From Dicyema japonicum (lineage: Eukaryota > Animalia > Dicyemida), in the NCBI GenBank assembly GCA_011109175.1, contig RDEW01000089.1:27405-91404 (forward strand): a stretch of DNA of 64,000 nt. The letters are read 5' to 3'. This document shows, in pieces, positions 47,044 through 60,373 of the stretch (its first letter is position 1; each line of letters starts with the position of its first letter). The position numbers and the translations under genes are program-made. A model generated the notes under the pieces. It was not told the DNA's origin and searched no databases. It saw only the letters and a list, made by a program, of their open reading frames with translations.

Positions 47044-47339
47044 ATTATCATACTTTTTGAATTTCCCAATCATTGTTGGAGCACCATCAGTGCAGATACC
47101 CACACATGCATTCCAATCCAACTTCATATCCTCAAATATGAATTCACAAGATTGAAAATGTCACATCCTTTGTTGTTCGGAGAACCTGTTGCAGCAAAAA
47201 AAATATTCAACAATGGAAAGTGAATAATTGAGTGTCGGAAAACTGAATGGCAGTTCAAAAGTAATTTTTCAAATCAAAATTAAAGTGTCCTCAACTTATG
47301 AGTAAGACAAGTTGTTTCTAACACTTAAAAAATTTATTT

Positions 47340-48010
47340 TATTTATTAATTCTGGGATTACCGAGAAAGAAAGACAAAGTAAAGTCAACTAGTTAAGTGA
47401 CCCCAGTTTTCGCAACCAAACGTGCCATCCTAACCCTGTGCGTTTCCGTTGTTCCCACTGTCGAACGGAACTGCCTTCTTTAAACCTTGCAGAGGAAGCC
47501 GAATGGGGAAGAAAATTTCTTAGCCAACAGATTTTCTTTTGCGTGGAGCAGTGGGAAACTTAGTGGGTGTCCATCTCCCTCGAAAATGCAAAGAAATCCG
47601 GAACCATATCTAAGAGTTGTAGATTCCGTCAGCAGGGGAGGTATTTTTGTTTCACATCCTGGTCCCAGCATACGTATTGTTTTTTTGCAATAAGTTCAGT
47701 TTTTGGATAGTGGCTTCTGATAACGCAAATCTCCATGCAGCAGAGGTATATTCAACAGCCGGTGCGTGCAAAAGGAGTGCAGGATTGCTTTAATCATATT
47801 CGCTGGGGTCTTCTGGATGAGGGCCCGTGTGACATTTAATTTCTGTAGTCCTTTGGTGAAGACTTGTTTGGCATAGTTAACGTTTGGATTATGGTCTTGT
47901 GGCACCCGATAAGGTGTCACCCATTCCGAGAAAAAACGAAAGAGCCAATAACTTTTCCCCACTTTTTGGGAATTCCCATAAGCTATGTGCCTCCGACTCC
48001 GTTTTGTGTT
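47340..48010 (-). mobile_element. Decayed I-group LINE 3' end sharing its tail with the SINE-like family
   Basis: Minus strand GAAAACTGGGGTCACTTAACTAGTT..TTCTTTCTCGGTAATCCCAGAATTAATAAAT aligns with the SINE tail. Upstream are RNase H/CCHC-like remnants. Confidence 0.55.
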
Positions 48011-49087
48011 GTGGCGACATTGGAAAAAATTTTTAGCGCAAAAATTACTAAATCTAAAACATATGAAAAAATAAATCTAGTATTTAAAAATATACAATTT
48101 AAAGGATCTTAGTTATAGAAAATGTGAGGAGTCTCGGTTGGAACATCGAGAAAAGATGGCCGATTATTGAGGATGTCGAGATCACCTGAATACTAGTTAG
48201 TGGTTAAGACGGTGTTTCTTTGGCTTAAATAATAATAATCTTATTTATCATATTATAAAGGAATCTCCCTTTTTTCATAAGGAATTTTGGTTCGATACAG
48301 AGCTCTTTTGTATGTGGTAAATGGTAAACAGCGTGACAGATGACTTTTTTGCTTTTGTGTCGAGCCTCCGCTTTGAGAGTTTTAGCTTGTCAAGCATTTT
48401 TTAAGCAGACTAAGTCGTTGATTGAATGCTTCTGTTTTGTAGGCAAGAATGATATCATCGGCAGTTCTCATTACAGATGTGTGGCATGTCGTTTATGTAA
48501 AGGTTGAAGAGTTGGGGTGACAATGGGGAACCTTAAAGGACTCCAATAGAAGTAGCAAGATTTGATTTTGTTGTAGAGTAATTCGCTCGTCTTCCATGCG
48601 TATATCAATTATTCATTATTTAAGGTCTTGATATACTGAAAATGCTGAAAATGAATAAAATTTTATTGAAAAAAATAGTTTTAATAATTTTTCAGGACTG
48701 TTAATTTATTGTAAATTCTGTTTCGAGCTTCTTTTATATTTTTAGTTTAATTGTGAATTGATTTTTGCAAAAAATAGTGAAATTTAGTTACCATCAGTGT
48801 CAATGTAGTAGTTTATTTCCAACCTTATCATCTTAAGCAATTAATTTCAAACGTTAAATCATTAGATACTGATAACCAGAAAAAGAAACAGTATTTTGAC
48901 TGAATCTGATCATAAAAGTTGGTAATTCTATTTCAACAGAGAGACTGCAAAACACGCTATAAATTTTTTGTCATATATTAAAAATAACTTAAACCTAACG
49001 TCATCGAAGAGTTTTAAGTTATTAAAACAAAAATATTAAATAAAGAAAATATCGTTAATATTAATGATTCGAAAGATATTTCTAAAA

Positions 49088-51436
49088 TCATACAAAAAAT
49101 ACATTATAAGATTCTTTAAACTTTATGGCATATTTTTGTAGATTTTTGATATTAGAGAGTGAAGACAGAGTCTCAATTTTGCTGAAGACATTTTTAGGAA
49201 TCATCATGGGGATAAATATTTGTGCTACTGAATCAACAAATATTACGCTTGTAGTAAACCATTTGAGAAAATTCCCAAATGGCCCAAAACCATAGTCTTT
49301 GGTCCAAATCCTCATTTAATAAGTTTACGAGTGAATCAATCGATCTTTTGTATAAACGATATCTAACCGATAATATCCGTCATAAAGTGAATATTCCATA
49401 TTATCGATTGAACATAAAGCAATTGCATTAAGAATATTTTCAGACATGTTATTTAGCATCAAAAATATCGCAAATCTCAAGTCTTCAGTAAAGTCACTCA
49501 TTATGTTTGATAGGCCATTGCAGATGGCAACATATATGTCCGGCCAATGTTCGTAATAGACATAATTTCCTGTCAAAATCACACAAAACATACAATAAAC
49601 AATTAATCAGTCCACTCTTCCTAACCAGAGGTCGAATTTTCCCGAATTTAGTTAGATTTTCAAAAACATTTAAAATTGGATATATAAAGTCGTCATTTGA
49701 ACATTATCATTTTCTTGAAATTGACCAAAGAAGTCGATAATAAGATCAATCCCTCCCAAATCAACCAACAAAGTTGCATTTTTTTCGTTTGCATCTAAAA
49801 AATAAGGTAACAATTCACCTACAAGAAACCACAAAATTCTCCACGACATATTAAAAAGACACTCTTCTAGTTCTTTGTACTTTTCAAAATTATTCACAAT
49901 TGACTAAAATCTAAATTAACCAATTACCTCGATGATTCCGTAAAATCCGAAATAAGACAAAACTTCTATACTTTGACTCTTCATTGTGGGGTACATGACA
50001 TCATCATCCATATTTAATCCAATGAATGAGTAAACATCTTTCATGAATGTTTTAGTAATAAACGAAAAAGAAAATAACTGAAATGAACGAGCAAAATACA
50101 AAATTTGATAACTCCCATGGTTTTATCCAGTCCATAACGGTGTATAATAATTTTCTGAACTGAAACAAATAAAAAATGAAACTACCTTATTATGAGAACA
50201 TATTCTTCTAAAATAACAAGGACAGCTTCATAAATAAGGCTAAGTTAACATGAACTCAAACCATCGATAAGATTCAGATATGGGCACTCCACTCATGGGT
50301 TTTAAGCAACACCTATCAAATCAACGCACACGATTACATAATCTGTTGAATAAGCTTAGTATTTCGTGATGTTTTCAACAAGCGGCAGATAAACTTAAAT
50401 ATAATTTCAAATACCCTCAAAAATCGTTTATGAAGCGAAGGCCGAATTTCAGAGTCCCAATCATTAATATAAAGTAAAGTTGAACAAAGCAGCAAGTCCT
50501 TATGCTCAAAGTGAAAAATTGCATTAACCAAATTATCTACCAGTAAGTTTGATTCGATCTACAATTAATAATAAAATATTGACATTAGTTTTGAAAAATT
50601 GCGATATTTTTTGGAAGCAAAATTCGTTAATCTTTTTTGGACAGTTCTCTAAAAATCTAACAGTAAAATACGGATTTAATAATTCATAATCAATCGAGAA
50701 TCCAGACAAATCCAAAAAATCTAAATTCTTTGCTAATTTTAACAACGGTCTACAATCACAGCTTAATTTATGCACATTTTTACTGTTTGTATACGAAAAA
50801 TATCTTAATCTAACAAAATAGAAACTTTAGAGATCCGGGACTGGCAAGACTATTGGAAAATTCTTCGAAATTGGATATCAGAACATTGTCAAAATTAATA
50901 CTTTCGAGTTCTTTGATCAGTTTGACTGTGCAACAATAAATTTTAGTTGGAGTACTTCTTTCAAGAAGAGAATCTGATAAAAGTTCAAGTGACCTAATTT
51001 CGCTAAAGCCACTTTTAAGTAGCAAATGAAGTAAAACTGGGTCATCATATTCCAAAAGAGTGAAAGAATTGACATTATTTGGAGAATAATGCAAATAAGG
51101 CGAATTTTCAGAAGATGTTATTTTAGCTAACTTGATATTCGTTAAATTTGGTAGATTTAGGCACAAATTTGTTAAATCTTTAATGTCGATTTGATTAGTA
51201 GACAAATCAAGGCGGAAAATGTTAGAACATACTTCTGTGAGTTTACTTAGTGTTGAGAAATCATTGAACACTGATAACATCTTCATTGAATTGTGTTCTT
51301 TTAAATATTCAATTTCATAATGAATTCTTTTGCAGATCATCGTCTTCGATTTTGTACTTAATCCACCATATTTATTCATATTAATGTTTTTTCGAAAGTC
51401 ATTAATGCAAAGTGCATACAAAGAAGGAATTTGCAT
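49088..51436 (-). pseudogene. ZYG11/ZER1-like gene, copy B, frameshifted in the ARM region
   Basis: Intact first exon (50810-51436 ORF) and the same tiny introns as copy A. Frameshifts near 49700 and 49565 relative to copy A. Confidence 0.7.
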
Positions 51437-51565
51437 GTGCTTAAAAATTACAGTTTTTATATTAAAAATAATAAAAATTACAGATTTTATATTAAAATAA
51501 TAATTTTAAAAAATCCTAATTAAAAAAATTATCGAATTATTTTACATTAAATTCATCTTCTATAC

Positions 51566-52774
51566 CAGGGCTTGCAAATGGCGGCCTGTGAGAAATTACA
51601 AATTTTATAATACTAAAGGAAATTGGCTCGTCTACAAAAATAACCGCGGGCTAATTAATATTAATAATATTCTCACTTTCCGAGGAGTCATATCAGTTAT
51701 CGCTCTCCACATGCAGAACTCACTTTATTTTAAGCAAAGAACAGTTATAACATCTAATCGAGGGAGGATCAAGAAATACTCTTCACTTCTTTTTTTTGGG
51801 TGTATTTCCTTTTAGACTATCCGATTCCGCAGTAAATGTCCACAGATGACGGCGTCACTCGTCAAGCCCTTTTTAGCATCGTAGATGCGTGGAACCTCTC
51901 ACCAGGTGAACAGCAGCGAGAATCGAACCCGTGACCTAAGCCTAATTAGTTATTTTACTTATTATTAAAAATTAAATAAATTTATAAACGTGTTAATAAA
52001 TTTTGTTTTCATTTAAAATGCCGAATGTCCGAAATGAATGAAAGATTTTCAAACTCGTACATTTAATGCAGATTTGAGTAATGACTATTTCTTTATTGAG
52101 GATAATAGAAAACCTATTCCTGATATGCTTCGATACAGTTGCTGTCCAAAAACTTTATAACATCAACCGAAATTATGAAATTCGGATGACGCATTTTGTG
52201 AATTTTCTCTCTACGAATCCTACCGATGTTCATGAATATGTAAACATAGTTATGGAATTAAGATTAGAATTTTCATCACGTTTCATGGATTTAAGAGTAA
52301 ATTGTTTATATATTAATTTTTCAGGTTCATAAAAATCTTTTCAACACTTTTTTCAATCCCATATGTTGAATCTGAGACAGCACCAAATTTTACCAAATGA
52401 AATTACTTGAAATTCAATGCCACTACAATCAGAATATTTTTCTGGATTGGATATTTTGAGCTTCTACAAAAATTTTGTATGTGTCAAAAATAGCCACATC
52501 TAATCGAAAATGACTTTTATATTTGGAAGTATTTTTATGTGAACAATTATTCTTTAAAATGAATAATGTAAAAAATTGTCTAAGAACGACAATGACTGAT
52601 TCTCATATTAACGATATATTACTTTTAGCAACTAATTAGATGTCAACGTAGACGTTAATAGTTTATTAAAAAATAAATTCACTTTTTTGAAAAGTTAATA
52701 ATTTTTCTAGTTTGTCCCAAATCTCATAAAGAATAAATTTTGGCCCGCGAAGCCAAAAATCCTGCGGACTTCTG
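51566..52774 (+). mobile_element. hAT transposon remnant, copy B
   Basis: TSD TTCTATAC/TTCTATAT; homolog of 23458-24915. Confidence 0.85.
51658..51941 (-). mobile_element. tRNA-derived SINE, 5'-truncated
   Basis: Minus strand starts with a T-arm/B-box (GGTCACGGGTTCGATTCTCG) and ends in an (ATT)n tail. 7-bp TSD CTAATTA. Absent from copy A. Confidence 0.72.
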
Positions 52775-55700
52775 TTCTATATTATAAATTTGTAAGTTTG
52801 TTTCAAAACCTCAAACTGAATAATGTGCGCATGGTTTGCTCTTTAAGATAAAAAAAAATGGTCTAATTTTCTATATCTCTATAGTGCAGCAAAACTGTCT
52901 CCAATTCAAATTATCTCTGAAGTTGAAGATATCTTCTATTAATATTTTTTTATTTCTTCAGTTTTTTATTCGTAGAAAACAGATCCTTAGCTGGAACGTA
53001 GGAAATCAAAAATGTACTGTATCTACTGAACCAACTCTTCTACGAAGTTCTTTTCTGCTATCCTAGCATTGGGATCACATACAGTTGGAGTACACGAATA
53101 GGGAAAGAAAGGGAGCAGAGAAGAGAAAATTTCGACTGTATTGTAATTAAGGGGATCGAATGGACAATTAAAACACGATGTTTAACATGCTAGGTAATTC
53201 GGGATTAGTGCTATGTCCGCCTTGTAGCTCATCCATAGGTCATGCAGTTCCAACACTTTACTTATGATCACTTTCAGTTTCATTATTATCAGGGACGAAT
53301 AAGGTAAGGAGTTCTGTTTTAATGACCACAGAGCAGAGTCAAAGATCATAAGAGAAAAGGAGCAACCCATGAATTTCACCCTGATTTCTCCCCTGACTAG
53401 ACAATGTGGATTCGATTTCTTCCTACAGGTATACTACCCATATCATTAAAAGTCAGGAGATCCTCGTGAGCACCGCTGGTTATTTGAGTGAATCTCGCTC
53501 GCCATCCTTAAGAGGGATAGCCACGCAGTCAGAGAGGCCGTTATGTGACTATTTGCTCACTTTTTTCCTTAATAAATTATTAACTATCCAAAAAAATCAA
53601 CAAAATATATACTTTTTCAGCTCTATAATAAATGATAGTAAAATCTCAAACATAGCTTCTGTCAAATTGCGCTGGGAATATTGAAACCTACTAAGGAAAT
53701 CTTCCCGTGTGGAAATCCTGCCCAGGAACCTAGAAAATATGATATAGGCGACTGGAACAGTGCCCTGCTAAGTACTCGAGTATGCGGACTACGTCCAATT
53801 CGGAAATACGCAGGAACGCAGTCGGAACATCGAAAAAAGATGCGGAGAATGTTAAGAGAGGCTGGGATCACCTAAACTTTGTTTACTTTAGATATGACTG
53901 TGGTTTTTTGGTTCAATAATAATAACTACACACAACTTCAGTATTGATTACTGTAGTAAAAGAAACATAGGCAAATTTATTTATTAATTTAAAAATAAAC
54001 CCACAAAAATTATGGCGATTAATCAACAAAAAGAGCAATCAAATTGAATCGGATTTTTTAATCGAGAAACAGAGGAATTGGTAGGCCACCTTTCTGAAGA
54101 TCGTAGAATGTATGTTCGTTTTGTTTTTACAAGCGACCATGACCCAATTGTGTTGAAACTGAAAATATCTATTTGTCTGCCAAGATATTCTACAAAGTTC
54201 AAGAACTATTCGAAGGCAAATTGGATTGGATTCAGCACGTATGTGGATAATTGTCTATCGGGACTCGTTGTGGAAGACTTCCTAGACTTCCCTATTGACA
54301 TGTTAACTTCAGTTAATCGAAAAGCAGACAGAATATTCATCCCAATAGCCTCTTACAGAACATTCAATCCGAAACTATCTTCGGCATCCTAAAAACATAT
54401 CAAAAAACGGGATGCTTTGAAGAAAACCGGACTGGAATCAGATGGCTCTATATCGTTCATACGCTCTCCAAATCGCAGAATTTCCCAACTATTCCGTGAT
54501 AAACACAGACATAAGTGGAGTCGGCTTGTTGGTCGACTATGTCACAAGAACTCGTGTGGAACCTTCTGGAAGACACTAGAGAGTATCAATAACCTCACAA
54601 AGGAAGATGACGGCGGAGTGGAAACCGTTACCATGCCCCGGAACATGCACGGAAACTCGCTAATAACCTCATGAAATACTATGTGTCGATCAGCCAGAAG
54701 GATTTCTCTCGATCTCTGCATGTCAAACGAAATGGTCCACAACAGTCGATATATACGACGATCTTCTACAGCTCTGTCTCCATGACTTGCGCCTTGTCAA
54801 AAGTGTTGGAGAAGCTTGTACTAATGTTAATTACCTCTGTTCTACAATTTCCTGATTTTCAACATGGCTTCAGATAAGGCCGTTCTACAACGACTTATTT
54901 GGGATTTGTCTCTCAGTTCATCACAGACGGCTTCAACGTGAAGACGCACTTACAGGCGGCTCTGGTGTATATTCAGTCACACGAAGGAGGTGTTAACCAA
55001 GGGTCTTCGAAAATGGAACGTCCTAAAAGCCATCGTAAAGAAGAGCCCTTTTACAAGAGACATTATCCTCAACCATTTCACTAACTAGCATTTTATTTTT
55101 TTATATTAGTAAAATACTGATCATCGTTAAAAACTATATAAGGGTTCCGTATAAAATGAAAAATGTCGATGGGTTCCGTGCTCTCAAAAACCACTGCTTT
55201 ATAATATGAAGACTGCACGCTCACCCTCTCAAAGTTAAACTGTAACTCATCATTTTTAATAAAAACAATAAAAATCTTTATTATAATTTTCCAGATTTTC
55301 TACTACTTTGAATTATTTTAGAACTTTCTGGGTTTACTTTTTTTGTTAGCCGTATATTTGGATGCGGAACTGCGAAATACTATGGGACCCTGTATCACCA
55401 AATCACCGAACTTATATACGCGGATTATTTGGACTTTGCATCCACCAATAACTTGATTGAGTCGCTCTACGTACAGTAGAGATATCGCCCGCAAATAAAA
55501 TCCAAAGATAAATCTCTATATACAGTCCGACCTCTAATTGGGGCACGTAACGCCCAAAATCTGAGGTTTCCCCAAAATATAGGTTTTCCATATAGCTCGA
55601 TAAATAAACAAAAATTTATTAATCAATTATTTTCTTCCATATTTATAATTATTCCTACCTCACGTTTCATTCTGACTTGATAAAAAATGAAGATAGCCTG

Positions 55701-56109
55701 AATAAATCAAAATATTTGTATCTATGTTTTCCATCAGACTTAAAGTTTTTGATGGTTCACAGTCTATATCCTCATAGAGATATGCATTATTATCTTTTTC
55801 AATTTCAAAACATTCATAGCAATTAGCTTATTAATATTTCTTCAGTTTATTCATTTATGCAATTTTAGTGAGATAGAATTGTCGAAAATTTTTTCAGCAG
55901 TTAGAAATAGTTTCACAGATACATTACTCGATTATTTCAGCACCATCTGAGATTATTGTTACGACTTGCCGCAAAGTTAATTTGGATAGAATTCGATAAA
56001 AAATTGGTCGTCTTGAAAACATAAAAAATCGATTAGACAGTTTAAATGAAATTTTTATTGTTCCAGCATCCCAGGTTAAGTAATTTTTTGGCAAAAATAA
56101 AAAAATCGA

Positions 56110-57062
56110 CCCACTTTATTTAACAAACAATAAAAAGTTAATATATTTAATAATCAACAACCTTCCTCGCCTGCCTGTTCGCCAGCCTCCTCAGGCAGGT
56201 TCGATTCTGGTTGCTGAAACAACTCCGAGAGCGCCTTGTCTAATTGAACCCTCTGCCCATATGGCATCTCAAGGCTCTGCCTCCTATACTCCAGTGTCAG
56301 GCTCTCTAGGGTCCGCTTTAACACAGTGGACTGTAGATAGCTTGGAGCTTCCTATCTACCCCAACTGCTTCAGATAACCTTGTGGTACTTTGTTGCAATT
56401 CCTTCCCACGTCATTACTATAGGAATAACGAGGACTTGCAACCAAACATCTGCACCTTCTCGTTTGCAAGAAAGTCATACTTCTTTTTTTCTCCATATCC
56501 AAGTCTGCAAACGGTCTTGAGACGTGATGCCAACTTCTATGATAAGGACTTGGCCAGACTCCTTATCGTGTACCACAATGTCCGGTTTATTGTGCTTGAC
56601 TAGCACCGAGGTACGGATAACACTCTCTACCTTAATTTGTACCTGGTGTTCTCTACTACAGATTGCACCTTATGAGTCCGCAACTTTCTGGTGTGGCGAA
56701 TACCATACTTATTTCATAGTAGTAGATGAAGACTCTTTACTACCTCGTTATGCTTCCACATGGATCCGCACGAGTGGCTAAATGATCAACCGACATGCTC
56801 CTTGACTTACAATGAGGACACGTATTTGTTGATCGAGGTGAGTTGTCAAATGAGTTGTCAAATATTGCGGTCTTGCATATACGTGTACAGCGCCTCCGAT
56901 CGATGTGAGTTGTCACCGTATTTTAGCCATACTGTCGACGACTTAAGGTCGACATGTGGGTTGTTTAATGAAGAGGACCTTATGAAGGCTTTTTAAGTTG
57001 ATCTTTTCCATCGAGAGAGTTTTAACGCCACCGAATCGAAAGCAAGTTGCATGTTTTTTTTT
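56110..57062 (-). mobile_element. R4/Dong-like RLE retrotransposon, 5'-truncated
   Basis: WLKYGD..EALYTYMQDRNI..CPHC..VDHLATR..HNEVVK..HNKPDIVVHDK..IIEVGITSQD..KYDFLANE..PIVMTWEG..STVLKRTLE. 6-bp TSD AATCGA. Absent from copy A. Confidence 0.88.
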
Positions 57063-57399
57063 AATCGATATCAATAAACGTTGCTATTTTGTGGCAGGCA
57101 GCGTTATCCAATAACATTAAGATTTTTTTTGAAAAATCATTATAATAATTTTTTTGAATATCAAATATTTTGTCGAGTATTTAATCTAACAACATGGCAT
57201 TTACTTCATACAAGGAGCGTTTTATCTTGATTCTTTAAAAATCGAGAAGAGCAGTCCTGCACAAAAGGCTCGACAATAAGTTAGATGAAGATTTCTTAGT
57301 AATGTCAATCAGAGATTCGACAGAGAAAAAGATGGAAAACTTCCTAAAACAAAATACCATCATTGACTACTATGCCGCAACACAGAATAAATCATAAAA

Positions 57400-58347
57400 G
57401 GGCTATTTTTACTGAAAATTTAAGATTTATTGACAACCACAATTTACTTTCAAAGCAAGGAGAAGTTTTGTATGAATTGGGAATTAATCAGTTTGCTGAC
57501 TTGGTTATCTCATAAAATAATTTTGTAGACAAGGAGAGAAATCCTCAAACCCAGCAAATTCAATTTATATAATAATTACAATTCTTATGGAACAGTGGAA
57601 AATGAATTAATTGTTGATTACACTATCCATGGAAAGAAATATCCTCGATTTTTTAATTGGATAAAAAAACAGTGTAACTGTTATAAAAATTCCAAGATCT
57701 GTATTTGGGTCATGTTATGCATTTGCCGCAGTTAACAATTGATTAATATATTTAGTTAGCCACGTTGGAGTCGCATTTGGCAATCAAAAACTATAAACTA
57801 GTATCAATGAGCGCACAAAATATCGTTGATTGTGTTATATACGGATGCAACGGTGTAAGTGAAAGTACTGTGTATGAATACATACAAAAAAACGGAAGAA
57901 TTAATTCTGAAAAACGGTATCCATATATTCCCACAGTAAATCGACGGATAATTATAAAGGATGGTAAATGCAAATATGGAGGTCAACCAGATCTTAAGTT
58001 TAAATTGACTGAATACTTGAGAGTGGCAATGAAAAAATGCTTTTGCGTACTTTTGTAGATGTTCGTCCTGTCACTGTTGGTGTTTATTTTTCTATAAGCT
58101 TTGAACGTTATTTTAAAGGTAAATATAATGAAACGTTTTAGGAATATTTCAATTCAAAAATTGTTTGCCTGAGAATAATTACCACTTTATTTCAGTTGTC
58201 GGTTATGGAGTCTCAAAAGGAGAAAAGTATTGGCTCATAAAAAATTCATGGGGTAAAATTTGGGGGATAAATGGCTACATGAAATTGGCACGTGGGAAAG
58301 ATAACTGTGGATTTCCTCTGAATCCCAAATATCCTATAATCGAATAA
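57400..58347 (+). pseudogene. Cathepsin L-like protease, copy B, 5'-deleted
   Basis: Same exon/intron layout as copy A from the prodomain onward, with an intact last exon (HFISVVGYG..KNSWG). The start/signal exon was removed by a ~540-bp deletion. Confidence 0.88.
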
Positions 58348-58489
58348 TCGTTAAGGGTGAAATTACTATTTGGTTCTGATAATATTGAGTTAATTTAATT
58401 TCACTTGTATTATTTTTTTCCAATAAAAAATATTTACTTAATACTATTTTTTACTAATTTATATTTTAAAACGTTTCTGTAACAAAAGG

Positions 58490-60373
58490 ACCGGATTTCA
58501 GTGATCCAGCTCAATGTGAATGGAATCAAGGGCTCAAAACACTCATCTCAAAAATCAAAATTGACATCCTACTAATTCAAGAGTCTAATTTGACTCCGAA
58601 GGACTCTACGCCTATTTTTCCTGGATTCAATGTTATTCGGAAAGATCGTACAGAGAATTGTGGAGGTGGACTACTAACGATTATTAGAAAGGGACTCAAA
58701 TATCAGGACTGTTCATCAGAAACTCCTGGGGACGATGAAACCACGGAAGCCATTGGAATTTCTGTGAGTTCAACAAAAGGAAAATTGTTTCTGGTGAACG
58801 TCTATATACCTCCTCCTGGCTCATGCTCTAAAAAGTATTTAATGGTTGACTTATCTACTTTGGAAAATATGGGGGATATCTTGATCTGCGGAGACCTGAA
58901 TAGCAAACATCCTCTTTGGCTGTCAATTGCAAGAGGAAGACTTTACTCTCGCAGTCTGGAAAACTGATGATTATTAATGACCCCTCGAAACACACAAGAA
59001 CCCCTTTCAGGATTCTGACCAACCCACATTTCAGACATCACTCTCTGCTCCCCAGCCTTTCTACAAGAGTAACTTGGTCCGTCATATACGATACCAGAAG
59101 CGACCACAACCCTATTTTATTGAAGATCAGTAGGGTGTATTTTGTGATAAAAGTCGACCTACATATACAAATCCGCAAACTGAAACCTTTTCCGGATTAT
59201 TACTGAATATCGTTTTGCTGACGTAAATCTGGAGGATTTCTCCTCTTGACAAGGGTGTATCACATAAATGACATCATTCTACAAGGGAGATAAATGGCTG
59301 TCCCAATAGGACACACCTGCTACACAAGAGGCTTTGGAAAGATTGCTTTGGTCAAGAAAAGAAATAGCCTCAAAAAGGCAGGAATTCGTCAACTGAGGCA
59401 AAACTCCGACTGAAAGCTCTGAATGAAAATATAAAGGCCAAAGAACTTAAGATACATAAAGCAAAATGGTCACGGGTTCTCACAGCTTTGAACCGAAATC
59501 AGACGACCCCCAAGTATGGAAAATTATTGGGACATAAGGGCTCATGATAGACCAACCGACGAATCCGAATACAACCAGAAGGATCGGAATTCCATTATGA
59601 AGTATTATGTGAAAATTGCCCATAAAGAGAAACGGAAGATCAAGACAGGTTAACTTCCTTTGGAAAAGCCGAAGAGGGACCGCTTATCTTCCTACTTTTC
59701 AGAAACGGATGTAAAAGAAGCATTGTTCAATACAAATACTACCTATTCCCACGGCCCAGATGGAATCCCTGTTATCCTGCTGAAAAATCTTGGACCGGAG
59801 GCGATCAGGACCCTTACAAAGATCTATAATTGGTCTTTGAAGGAAAATACGATCCCCTCACTATGGGAACTCGCCTACATCCGCCAGATATTGAATGAGA
59901 AAACCAAAAAACGACCCGGCTTCATTCATACGGTATCGTTGCTATCTGCAATGTCGAAAATTCTGGAAAAACTAGTTCTTCAAAAGATCAGAGGAATAAT
60001 CCCAGAGAACCATTCCAACACGGATTTAAATTTCTTCACTTGACGGATACCCAGCTACTATCCCTGAGTGATTTTATTCGCTCTGGGTTCACAAGCAAAC
60101 CCAGGCACAAAAAGACAATTCTATGTTCTGTAGACATTCACAAGGCATTCGACTCCATCCCAAGAAAAAACTCAAAGGAAAATCTATCAGACGATATACC
60201 TGGGATTTTCAAACTCTGGCTGGTGAATTTCTAGTGGACAAAGAGGACGAGTCTGTTAGTAGCAGATGGAAGCAAGTTCTTATTCTGAAGATCCTGGGAG
60301 TAATATTCGACACCTATATGACTTTCCCGCGCCACGTGGGAAATGTTTTAAACAAATTTGAGAAGAAAATCAA
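58490..60373 (+). mobile_element. Ingi/I-group LINE, copy B
   Basis: Paralog of 30715-32543 with APE and RT motifs; runs into the N gap. Confidence 0.88.

Larger units (their letters stand above)
48245..60373 (+). repeat. Segmental duplication copy B
   Basis: Collinear with 18065-32543. Copy-specific insertions at 51658-51941 and 56110-57062, and a deletion at ~57400. Confidence 0.92.
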
